A DNA stretch of 48,595 nt from a virus. Taxonomy: Duplodnaviria > Caudoviricetes. Every line of letters starts with the position of its first letter. Within the stretch, counting starts at the first letter, position 1. A program made the position numbers and the translations under genes. The DNA lies in the IMG/VR virus record IMGVR_UViG_3300025034_000027, positions 1 through 48,595 of that record; one strand, 5' to 3'. The notes beneath the pieces were generated by a model, which did no database searches, was not told where the DNA came from, and was given only the letters and a program-made list of their open reading frames with translations. This document shows positions 8,922 through 17,815 of this stretch, in pieces.

Positions 8922-9644
8922 TTATTTATTTCTTCTTTCCACTATTGACTTATACTGTCTTTCTTTAAACAGTATACCAATTTCTACTTCTTCTATTTTC
9001 TGTCTAATTCTTATTTCTGCTTCCATACTATTCGCTTCAGATAACTTTTTATAAAGCAATGATAAAGTTGCATTTGCTATCTTTCTGGCTTTCTTCAATG
9101 CTATGGCTTCAGTATCTTTTGCATTTCTTTCTGCTACAAACTTTTCTGTTAGTCGCTTGCTCCTTGCTTCTTCATGACTAACTGCTGATAGCAATGCATT
9201 CTTTGCATCCTCACTTACTGCACCATCTATGTCCATTGTAACAACTTTGTCTTTGTTTATTCTTGGCCTGATATGTGGCCTGTGTTTCTTTCTTGGTTTT
9301 AACACTAACAATGGCTCGCTCTGAATTGATTCTATAACAATAGGTTCTTTTTTATTTGCTGCAGCTGAACTAATTGTTAATGCTGACAGCTCTTTTGATA
9401 AGGCATAGTTTTCTGATTCTATTGCTCTTTGTATAGCAATAGAATGTGCTTTTCTGAATAACAAATAGAAGTCTTTGTTACTCTTGCGCTCTTCTTTTTC
9501 TGCTTTTGCTTTTGTGTCATTTATAGGCTTACTTGTGGTTGTCTTTGCATTCGCACTTGCCCTGGGCCTTGTTGCCTTTTTATTTTCTAAATTATTGACT
9601 TCATACATTGGGTCAATATAATTATACTTTTTCTTGTCGGCCAT
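8922..9644 (-). CDS. hypothetical Lys-rich helical protein
   Basis: ATG 9644 with GGAG RBS, downstream of promoter 9679-9707. Confidence 0.65.
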   Translation of the reverse strand: MADKKKYNYIDPMYEVNNLENKKATRPRASANAKTTTSKPINDTKAKAEKEERKSNKDFYLLFRKAHSIAIQRAIESENYALSKELSALTISSAAANKKEPIVIESIQSEPLLVLKPRKKHRPHIRPRINKDKVVTMDIDGAVSEDAKNALLSAVSHEEARSKRLTEKFVAERNAKDTEAIALKKARKIANATLSLLYKKLSEANSMEAEIRIRQKIEEVEIGILFKERQYKSIVERRNK

Positions 9645-9678
9645 TTGTCTTGCTCCGTTTTCTCTTTTATTCTCTTTT

Positions 9679-9707
9679 ATTCTATCATAGATATAAAAGA
9701 ACGTAAA
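9679..9707 (-). promoter_or_regulatory. sigma70 promoter, leftward
   Basis: TTTACG-17bp-TAGAAT, extended -10 TG. Confidence 0.65.
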
Positions 9708-9994
9708 CAATTATTTTTTATTTTTTTCACTTATTTTTCATATATATGATTATTACTATATATGGCTTTCGCTATCAATTATTATGACTGGCGCTCTTTA
9801 TGGTCGGCTCTCTTTGCGTGGTTGTTTGGCATTTGGCATATGGATGATTAGCTGTGGTTGGCTCTCTTTTAGGCTAAGAATTGGGCCTTGGATATGTGAC
9901 CTGTGGCACGTGATAATCTTAAAAGATTCATTAACTGTCGTTTTTTTGACATAAGGGAGAAAATCCTAAAAAATGGAAAAATCGTCCTTTTTCT

Positions 9995-10225
9995 TAATTC
10001 CTTACAGGGTAAGGACTTAGAATAGTTAATCTTCTAAGGTTGTTTGACTACACGACGCTAATAAAGCTGACTGTAACAGTTTTTTCATTGTTTAATTTAT
10101 TACAATATAAAGAATTATTTTCGTCCGTTACAAACGTTACAAATGTTGCAGTACATTTTCGCGCATACTTTCACATACGTCGCTCCAACTTGCCATTTCA
10201 CTGTAACATTTGTAACATTTGTAAC
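9995..10225. other. candidate replication origin (inverted iteron triads plus dyads)
   Basis: 26-bp inverted repeat 10127-10152 / 10200-10225 built from GTTACAAAT 9-mers; dyads at 9995-10019 and 10093-10117. Confidence 0.5.
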
Positions 10226-10428
10226 AGCCATTTTTTATTACTTATATAGATTATAATTATCTATATATTTTCTTGTTTTCCCTTGCTTTATTTTTGTCGT
10301 ATAGTTAATCAATATTGGATGATTATTTCATGAAAAAAGGGCATATTTTCAACGTTTTTCTATTAAATTTGATAGTTTTTCACTATTTTTCACGTGACAC
10401 GGAGCATTTTCTATATTTTACTATATAG

Positions 10429-10556
10429 TTGTCCAGTTGTCCAGTCCTATTTTGTCCTATTTGTGACTCACTGCCTTGATTATTTTGTCCAGTTGTCCAG
10501 TCCTATTTGTGGCTCGCGGCCTTGACTATCTTTGTGACTCGCGCCCTTGACTATCT
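10429..10556. repeat. nested short direct repeats
   Basis: TTGTCCAGTTGTCCAGTCCTATTT x2 and TGTG(A/G)CTC..CCTTGA(C/T)TAT x3. Confidence 0.75.
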
Positions 10557-10587
10557 CTTTTATATCTTTCATAGATATGAAAAATAT

Positions 10588-10621
10588 AAAAAAGAGGCAG
10601 AGGATTTTTTAATCCTCTGCC
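10588..10621 (-). terminator. rho-independent terminator
   Basis: GGCAGAGGATT/AATCCTCTGCC stem followed by a T-run on the minus strand, just after stop 10628. Confidence 0.8.
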
Positions 10622-10627
10622 ATGAAC

Positions 10628-11110
10628 TTAGAGTTCTGTTTCTTCGGCTTTCACCGTCGGCACGTAACCTGTCCATCCTTCGGGGGCTTCGGCTCCATGA
10701 CCCTTGACCACGTAGGAACCACTTTCAAAGGCAATCCAGATTCTATCCTCTGGCGCGCTCTTTATGAAGGTTCGGATTTTCTGCTCCATGGTCGGCCGGC
10801 CAAACTCGAATTTTTCGAAAATCTCGATTGCCGAAACAGAACCTTTTTCCAGGAATAAATCTTTTAAAAGATTGTTCACACCAGGTTTTGCAACTCTGGC
10901 AGCTTTTCCCGCACCAGCCAAATATTTCATGGCTTCGAGTACTTCACTCGGCAAATCAGGATTTGAATTCACGAAACTTGAAAGAATATCCTTTGCCTTT
11001 TTCTGATTTTCTTTGTACCGATCGGCAGCTTCTTTTTTGCCCTGCAGAAATTTTTCTTTTGCGTCCATTCCCTTTTTCTCCTCAATTTTCTTTGCAATTG
11101 TGTTTGACAT
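10628..11110 (-). CDS. monocistronic early protein, coiled coil plus possible winged-helix domain
   Basis: Own promoter, GAGG RBS and terminator; LKDLFLEKGSVSAIEIFEKFEFGRPTMEQKIR resembles a wHTH. Confidence 0.7.
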   Translation of the reverse strand: MSNTIAKKIEEKKGMDAKEKFLQGKKEAADRYKENQKKAKDILSSFVNSNPDLPSEVLEAMKYLAGAGKAARVAKPGVNNLLKDLFLEKGSVSAIEIFEKFEFGRPTMEQKIRTFIKSAPEDRIWIAFESGSYVVKGHGAEAPEGWTGYVPTVKAEETEL

Positions 11111-11258
11111 TTCGTTACCTCTTTGTTTTGATTTTTGATTATCTAAGATAATCCTGTTCGCTTGACTTTCACTAAAATTGATTATTTCAAAGAACCTCGA
11201 AACGATGAATTATAGGATTTTGAAAATCCTGTTCAATTCCCTTTTTCTATCTTTCTAT

Positions 11259-11287
11259 ATTCTATCAGATATGAAAGATTGTGTCAA
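11259..11287 (-). promoter_or_regulatory. sigma70 promoter, leftward
   Basis: TTGACA-17bp-TAGAAT, extended -10 TG. Confidence 0.8.
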
Positions 11288-11290
11288 TCA

Positions 11291-11392
11291 TTATTTTCTA
11301 AGATAATGAAAATAATTTAAATTATTTTCAATAATAATTGATTCTATTTTATCGAATAATTTAGAATCAATTTTCATTTTTTCAATTTTCAA
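11291..11392 (-). CDS. 33-aa peptide (not in ORF track)
   Basis: AAGGAG RBS then TTG: MKIEKMKIDSKLFDKIESIIIENNLNYFHYLRK. Confidence 0.4.
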   Translation of the reverse strand: MKIEKMKIDSKLFDKIESIIIENNLNYFHYLRK

Positions 11393-11492
11393 TTAAAAAC
11401 TCCTTTATATCATATTTGATATATTCAAGTATTCTTATTTAAGAATATTTGAATATATGGCCAAGAGCATATATCAATTGGCCTATATATGA

Positions 11493-11837
11493 TTATTTAT
11501 TATACTTTGAATTATAATTATTCAATTCAATTTTTAATTCATCAATATTTTTTTCAAAATAATTTGATTCTATAAAATCGAAATTAAAATCTATAAACCT
11601 ATAATTAAATATATAATTTAATTGATATAATTCATTCAAGAAAAAGCCTGATTCATCTTTTATTATATCTAAATCGCAATATATAGAATTATAATATATT
11701 TCAAGATTCATTTTTTCATTATCAATTATAATCTTTGATTTTAATTCATCATATTCAAAATATGCAATATTATCAATTATTTTAAGATTTTCAATTCTTC
11801 TATTAGATTCTAAAAATTCTTTCATATTCTTATTCAT
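11493..11837 (-). CDS. hypothetical pre-early protein (no Thr/Val/Pro)
   Basis: GAGAGG RBS; lies in the AC/GT-depleted block. Confidence 0.65.
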   Translation of the reverse strand: MNKNMKEFLESNRRIENLKIIDNIAYFEYDELKSKIIIDNEKMNLEIYYNSIYCDLDIIKDESGFFLNELYQLNYIFNYRFIDFNFDFIESNYFEKNIDELKIELNNYNSKYNK

Positions 11838-11866
11838 TTTAAAAAACCTCTCTTCAATTTATTTAT

Positions 11867-12067
11867 TCAATCTATTAAAAGATTCAATTTAAGATTTATC
11901 ATTTTAATCTGATATTCATAATCAAAATATAATTTAAGATTATGAAAAAAATTATCATGATATTTGATTTTAAAATACTCATCTGATTTTGAATAAATCA
12001 ATAAATCTCTTCTCAATTCAGATAATCTTTTTTCTAATAATGATTTTCTATTCAATAATTCTTTCAT
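11867..12067 (-). CDS. hypothetical pre-early protein (no Thr/Val/Ala/Gly/Pro)
   Basis: GAGAGG RBS; first ORF after promoter 12104-12132. Confidence 0.6.
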   Translation of the reverse strand: MKELLNRKSLLEKRLSELRRDLLIYSKSDEYFKIKYHDNFFHNLKLYFDYEYQIKMINLKLNLLID

Positions 12068-12103
12068 TTAAAAACCTCTCTTTTATTTCTTAATCTTATA
12101 TAT

Positions 12104-12132
12104 ATAATATCAAATTATAGATTGAAAGTCAA
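12104..12132 (-). promoter_or_regulatory. sigma70 promoter, leftward
   Basis: TTGACT-17bp-TATTAT, extended -10 TG. Confidence 0.7.
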
Positions 12133-12703
12133 TAGAAAAAACTCAAAATAATGAAAATAAATAAAAAAAATTCAAAATATTTTTTACTCATATATACTAA
12201 AAGTTTAATATATAAATACCAATAATATATAATAAAATTATATATTTAAAATATAATATAAAGACTCAAAATAATAAAAATAAATATATATTAAGAATAA
12301 TATATTCAGAAAAAGAGATACAAAAAAGAATCAATAATTATGACTATATAGTAAAGTGGCAATATACCAAAAGCAGTATATCTTGGACCTGGAATATATA
12401 ACAAATCATATATAGAATAGTAATATATAACAATAAGTATATTCAATTAAAACTATATACAATTTTTTATATATCAAATGGTCCTGGAGCATAGGCCAAA
12501 TAGTATATATCAAATATATTATATAGTAACAAGATTTATATAAAGTTATATATAGAATGACTATAATATAATATAATAAGAATAGTATATGCAAAGAATA
12601 ATATATAGATAAAAAGCTACATAGTAAAAATAATATATGCTAAAAATAATATATAGAGAAAAACTATATTAGAAAACAAATATATATTCGAAATAATATA
12701 TAG

Positions 12704-12850
12704 CCCGGGCCCTATACAGGGCCTTATGGGTGTTTTTCACCAAATGGGCCCGGGATTCGCATCCATCGCAGATATAATCAATATCCCGTAGCATGTGTCA
12801 TGTAGCGCATAGCCAGTATCATGTATCCTGTATCATGTATCCTGTATCAT
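12704..12850. other. candidate packaging/terminus (pac/cos) region
   Basis: GC island CCCGGGCCC...GGGCCCGGG (12704-12754) in an AT desert; GTATC(A/C)T x5 at 12816-12850; upstream of the terminase genes. Confidence 0.4.
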
Positions 12851-12980
12851 GCAGCCAATATATAATAGCAAGTGTCATACATTATTCAATTTACAGCAAG
12901 TATCGCATGTTCAGTGACACTTAGCAGCATTTTTTGTTATCCTGGACATCCGATTTATTCTTTTTTAATTATCTAAAAGA

Positions 12981-13070
12981 TCTACAGTCATTGACGAGAT
13001 AATTTCCATAGAATCATCTATATACAAATATCAAGAAAATAAAATCTTCATCAGTCAATGACTTTTTAGA
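12981..13070. repeat. 90-bp double-dyad hairpin element, copy 2 (diverged)
   Basis: AGTCATTGAC at 12986, AGTCAATGACT at 13053. Confidence 0.85.
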
Positions 13071-13172
13071 AGATTTTACCTTCTATATAGAACTTTCTGG
13101 GAAAATATTATTCACATATGCTATATGTCATAAACTATTAAACAAGTAAACAGCATTTTGTCCATAAGATGA

Positions 13173-13201
13173 TAGACAAGAATAGAAAAATATGTTATAA
13201 T
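13173..13201 (+). promoter_or_regulatory. sigma70 promoter for the packaging/structural arm
   Basis: TAGACA-17bp-TATAAT, extended -10 TG. Confidence 0.75.
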
Positions 13202-13297
13202 ACTAATTAAGCCGGTGAGTGGTGAACTGTAAATATATTCAAGTAGTATATTGACACTAGCCACGAGCCAATCTTTTTGTTACGTGGAGCAAGTTAA

Positions 13298-13669
13298 GTG
13301 AAAACAATGGCAGAGAAAAAAGAATTAGTACTCATGCACTATCGTTTATCATATTCACTTGATATTGCTTTTATGATGGCAGGTATAGATGATGACGAAA
13401 AAAAATTACTACTGGCTGATGATTCTTTTATGTTTCGTGTTGCTTTTGAGGATGCTCAGGTAAGACAGAAGATTATGGTAACTTTGTTAAATTGTATGCA
13501 GTCTCCAGATGAAAAATTAGCACGTACTGCTGCAATGGACTTAGGTAAATTGTTAGACAAAGAAAGATTCAGTGGCAAAGAAGAAACTAATCCTAGTCTT
13601 GTTCCGGATTCAATTATTCTACGTGGCAAAGAAGCACCTTTGTTAAGTACTAAAAAGGACACAGAATAA
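13298..13669 (+). CDS. putative terminase small subunit
   Basis: Size, helical character and position immediately before terL; GGAG RBS. Confidence 0.6.
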   Translation: MKTMAEKKELVLMHYRLSYSLDIAFMMAGIDDDEKKLLLADDSFMFRVAFEDAQVRQKIMVTLLNCMQSPDEKLARTAAMDLGKLLDKERFSGKEETNPSLVPDSIILRGKEAPLLSTKKDTE

Positions 13670-14961
13670 TGGTACAAGAAGTAGAAATACTTGATATAAT
13701 TAAACAAGAGCTTATTGATAACTGTGATGCAAGACATCGCGGTGCATATGGAGGACGTGGCTCTGGCAAGTCATGGAGTATCGCGCGAGTGGTACTTTTG
13801 ATGGGGATGGAGAAAGAGCAGTTCATCGTGTGCGTGCGAGAGGTGCAGAAGTCGATACAGTACTAAGAGAAGAAGTTGCTTGAAGATACAATAAAGCAGT
13901 TCAAGTGGGAATGGTTCTATACTATAAAGAAAGATGTAATTGTTGGCTCGAATGGAACTTTGTTTGTATTCTATGGGCTCCATGACCATAATTCAGATAG
14001 TATAAAGTCACTTGAAGGAGCTGATATTTGTTGGGTGGCAGAGGCACAGAGCATATCAAGAACATCAATTGATATACTTCGGCCGACAATAAGAAAAGAG
14101 ACTGCTATATTCTTTTGGGACTTTAACCCAAGATACAGTAGCGACCCTGTGTATGTCGACTACATCCGTAACCAGGACCCTAATGCTAAATTTGTTAGAG
14201 TAAACTGGATGGATAATCCTTGGTTCCCTAATTCGTTGCGACAAGAGAAGGCAGCAGACTATGCAAGAGATAGCATAAGAGCAGACCATATTTGGTTAGG
14301 CGAATTGGCAGATGCTAATGAACTGTTTGTTTGTCCTGCAGAACTTGTTGAGAAAGCAATGCAGTTTAACTTATTGAAGAATACACCCGGTATTCCTATT
14401 GTTGGTGCAGACATTGCGCATCAAGGTGGTGATGAAATTACTTTCTACAAGCGCATAAATTCGAAAGTAGTTGACCAGTATATAAGTAAGAAACAATCAG
14501 CAACTGTTACAAGAGATAATCTTGAAACTTTTGCTGGAAAGAATAGCATAATAAATATTGACAATGGTAATCTTGGTGCCGCAGTAGCCGATATACTTGA
14601 AGAAGATGGCTATAATGTCAATAGAATAAACTTTGGTGGTACACCTTTAGATACTGCACATTATGAAGATGTTGCAACTGAGATGTACTTTAATATGAAA
14701 GATCAGTTGGAGACTGCAGATATACCCGATGACCAGGAACTTGCTGTTCAGTTATATACAAGAAAGTATAGTTATATAAATGGTAAACGTGGGTATGAAG
14801 TAATGAAGCTTGAATCTAAGAAAGAGTTTGCTGAACATACACATGCGCTGCATAAATCACCGGACAGGGCCGATGGCCTTGTACTTTGTTTTTATGACCC
14901 ATTTGGTTATAATAATATTGGTAAATTAGCAACTGGTATGGCATCTTATAATAAGAGGTAA
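13669..14961 (+). CDS. terL: terminase large subunit (PBSX/SPP1-like), interrupted by in-frame TAA at 13864-13866
   Basis: Walker A YGGRGSGKS, VREVQKSI, IKSLEGADICWVAEAQ, FNP, nuclease GADIA and SPDRADGL; both ORF-track fragments are in the same frame. Confidence 0.92.
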
Positions 14962-14963
14962 GA

Positions 14964-16460
14964 ATGAGTACTTTTACAGATAGTGTACAAACATTACTCG
15001 GCAAGTTATTTGCAAGAAAAGCACAAGAAGTTCGTACTGAACTAGTTGCTGTTGCCAATACAGTTATGCAGAAAGACTATACTGGAAAAACATCGCATGT
15101 AAATACAAAACTTTGTAGAGAACTTTATAGAAATATAAACAATGATTATGCTTTAGCTGGACAACTTGTTAAACCAATTATAAACAATAATGTTAACTTT
15201 ATTGGCGAGCCTAAAATTGTAGCAAATGCTAAAGCTAAAAAAGTACTTGACCAAATTGATTATAAGTATAGAACAGTAAACAAAGCAATAGAGATAGATG
15301 GCAATGTACTTATTTGGGCACGTTGGGATATATCAACAGAAACTATTGTGCTTGAGCTTGTACCTACTGAATGTATACTTGACACATTTATAAATCCTTT
15401 GACAAAACAAATAACTGGTTACAGACTAGTTGAGCACTTGACATATGCAACACCAAAGAATAATGCAGCAACAGCAATTATTGAACATGTAATAACTGCA
15501 GATGCTCATAAAATGAAAGTTGTTGGTTCTGAATTAAACTTTGAAAGAAATATAGCAAATCCTTTTAAAGTATTACCAATAGTATTATTTACAAATGATA
15601 AATTGCCTACCGAATTATACGGTCATTCAGAAATTGAAGTTATAGAACCTCAATTGAGATTCTATCATGACTTAACTTATGAAGCCGGAGCAGCACAAAA
15701 ACGTGATGGACACCCTAAGCTTAAGGTAAGTACTGGAAACGCAAGACAATGGGTAGATAACAATTTTGGTTCTGGTACTTTTGATTTAGTACAGAAAGGC
15801 CAACGTACCTTGGTCTTAGATGACAGAGACTTATTTATAAATCAAGGTGAAGATGACGTCCAGTATTTGTATCTAAATAAAACATCAGGTGATTTCAAAC
15901 AACTGTCTGAATTGACTTTTACTAATTTAGTCGAAGGTTCAGAAACTCCTGAAATAAACTTTGGTGCTAATTTAGGTACATCTTTAGCAAGTGTTAAGGA
16001 ATACAGGCCAATCTGGATTAAGAAAATTGCGGGCAAACAAGCAGAGCGTGGCAAATCTTGGATTGAATTGTATAAACTTATTATTTTAATATATAACTAC
16101 GTACACTTTAGTACTATAAAGTCTGATGATATTACTGTGCTTTGGGACAAGCCGAATTTTGTTAGTTCTAAAGAGCAGTCAGAAATAATAAATGCATTTG
16201 CAAAAGCTCTTACACTACTTAAAGAAGGCAATGCTGTAACTGATAAAGAAGTTTATGATACAATGAAAGAACTTAATATCATGCAGCTTGCTGATACTTT
16301 TGAAGAGCATCAAAAAGAAATAGAGAGGCTTAGAGGTGAAGAAGAAAAACGAAGAGAAGCTAGTGAAGCTAGACTTAGACCTGAGGATGATGAAGAGACT
16401 ACTGAGGACACCGAAGAAGAACCTGAAGATAATAAAGATAAGTCTAAAACAGCAGAGTGA
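14964..16460 (+). CDS. portal protein
   Basis: 498 aa directly after terL; NPFKVLPIVLFTN..YGHSEIE motif typical of SPP1-like portals; acidic tail. Confidence 0.8.
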   Translation: MSTFTDSVQTLLGKLFARKAQEVRTELVAVANTVMQKDYTGKTSHVNTKLCRELYRNINNDYALAGQLVKPIINNNVNFIGEPKIVANAKAKKVLDQIDYKYRTVNKAIEIDGNVLIWARWDISTETIVLELVPTECILDTFINPLTKQITGYRLVEHLTYATPKNNAATAIIEHVITADAHKMKVVGSELNFERNIANPFKVLPIVLFTNDKLPTELYGHSEIEVIEPQLRFYHDLTYEAGAAQKRDGHPKLKVSTGNARQWVDNNFGSGTFDLVQKGQRTLVLDDRDLFINQGEDDVQYLYLNKTSGDFKQLSELTFTNLVEGSETPEINFGANLGTSLASVKEYRPIWIKKIAGKQAERGKSWIELYKLIILIYNYVHFSTIKSDDITVLWDKPNFVSSKEQSEIINAFAKALTLLKEGNAVTDKEVYDTMKELNIMQLADTFEEHQKEIERLRGEEEKRREASEARLRPEDDEETTEDTEEEPEDNKDKSKTAE

Positions 16461-16719
16461 CTTTTTTGATGAAAGAGAACAGTACAAAGAAGATGTTAAG
16501 AAAGCAATTAGTAAATACGGCATAGCTAATTTACCTAAGGTTGTGCTTGAAACATTACCTAATGATATGCGTGATTTTTATGAGAAGCATTGGCGTAAAC
16601 AGCCAAAAGTATGGTTGATAATGCTTAAGACTGCACTTGTTGCTGCAGATAAAGGAGTAGAAATTGAACGAACTAATGAACACGATGCCAATAACATTTC
16701 AGACAGCGATACTGAATGA
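16387..16719 (+). CDS. hypothetical protein (start uncertain, overlaps portal end)
   Basis: Protein-like frame fills the portal-protease gap; nearest ATGs at 16387/16390. Confidence 0.45.
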   Translation: MMKRLLRTPKKNLKIIKISLKQQSDFFDEREQYKEDVKKAISKYGIANLPKVVLETLPNDMRDFYEKHWRKQPKVWLIMLKTALVAADKGVEIERTNEHDANNISDSDTE

Positions 16720-17812
16720 CCATAAAGCAGCAAATATTGATGGTGTAGAAGCAGTTCCTATTGGCAATAAAGAATCCTACAATACATTGTTAGGTGAAGG
16801 CGAAAAATATGAATTTGTTAATAGAATTGCTCTTGGTGACAATCATCCTGCTTATCCTGATTCATGGACGACCGTTATTTTAACAGAAGATTGGGCAAAG
16901 TCTTATGCTAAAGGTGTAAATAGTGTACCAGCGCCTTTATTTTTAGCGGGACATGCTGACCAGGGTGTGCATTATAAAATGCGTGCAATTCCTGATGGTT
17001 ATGTTGTTGGTGCAAGACTTAAAGATGGTTATCTTTATTTAAGAAATTCTATGTCATCTGATGGCACAGAAGAACGTAAAGCTTTAATTCAGCAGACAAT
17101 ACGTGAAATAAAAGCTAAAATGCTTAGCACGTCATCTTCTGATATAATTAAGTTTAAAATAGAAAGAGATGAAGCAACAGATAAAACAGTGTATATGGCT
17201 ATTGAATCAGTCAAAGGAAGAAGCAATGCGTTAGTAGAAGCTGATATGACTGGTTCAGATGCCGAAATTGTTGTTACATCTTTTAAAAGTAGTGAAAAAT
17301 CAGGCGTTGCCGATTTTACTCATATTAAGCAAGGAGAAAGCGAGATGGATAAAGAAACCTTAAGTACTGCAGATATTCTGACAGCACTTAAAAATCAGCT
17401 CGATTCTGGACGTCTACCTATAAATGACGTTGCCTCGAATCTGGGCATCACCGTCTTAACTGAGGCTAATAAGCTCGCGCTGAAACGCCTCGAAGACGCT
17501 GAAAAAGAAGTTGGAAGTATCGATACTTTTATTTCCGGTATCAAAGCCGACAAAGAAAAAGTATTTGTACAGCTCAAAGAAGCCGCCATTAAAGACAAGT
17601 TCAAAGATGACGCGCTTATCGAAACCGCAACACAATTGTTCAGCTTGAAAGCTGGAACTGTGGAAGAGATAAATGCTGAAGTTGAAAAACTCGCCAGCAT
17701 GAAAATTTTCACTCAGTTCAGAAGTGCTTCAGCTGGTAGTATTGGTGCATCTTTTCAGACTGAAGGCAACTACAGTTCTGACAAAGATGAAGCTGAAGCG
17801 ATGGAGGGTTAA
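16664..17812 (+). CDS. prohead protease/scaffold protein
   Basis: TTG start with AAGGAG; position; helical C-terminal part with internal RBS and ATG 17345. Confidence 0.65.
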   Translation: MNELMNTMPITFQTAILNDHKAANIDGVEAVPIGNKESYNTLLGEGEKYEFVNRIALGDNHPAYPDSWTTVILTEDWAKSYAKGVNSVPAPLFLAGHADQGVHYKMRAIPDGYVVGARLKDGYLYLRNSMSSDGTEERKALIQQTIREIKAKMLSTSSSDIIKFKIERDEATDKTVYMAIESVKGRSNALVEADMTGSDAEIVVTSFKSSEKSGVADFTHIKQGESEMDKETLSTADILTALKNQLDSGRLPINDVASNLGITVLTEANKLALKRLEDAEKEVGSIDTFISGIKADKEKVFVQLKEAAIKDKFKDDALIETATQLFSLKAGTVEEINAEVEKLASMKIFTQFRSASAGSIGASFQTEGNYSSDKDEAEAMEG

Positions 17813-17815
17813 TAA

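Noticed and set aside
637-11151. Plus-strand ORFs in the early arm, and antisense ORFs throughout the genome
   Set aside because: Shadows of well-supported opposite-strand genes, without RBS or recognisable motifs
12406-12594. 62-aa Ile/Tyr-rich ORF
   Set aside because: Low-complexity AT-rich non-coding DNA with no RBS
13211-13270. tRNA or suppressor tRNA (segment ends in CCA)
   Set aside because: Forms only a single imperfect leader hairpin; no cloverleaf or T-loop consensus; no tRNA recognised elsewhere
13864-13866. Genome-wide stop-codon reassignment
   Set aside because: TAA, TAG and TGA all terminate well-defined genes; long ORFs are intact in the standard code; only one internal stop seen
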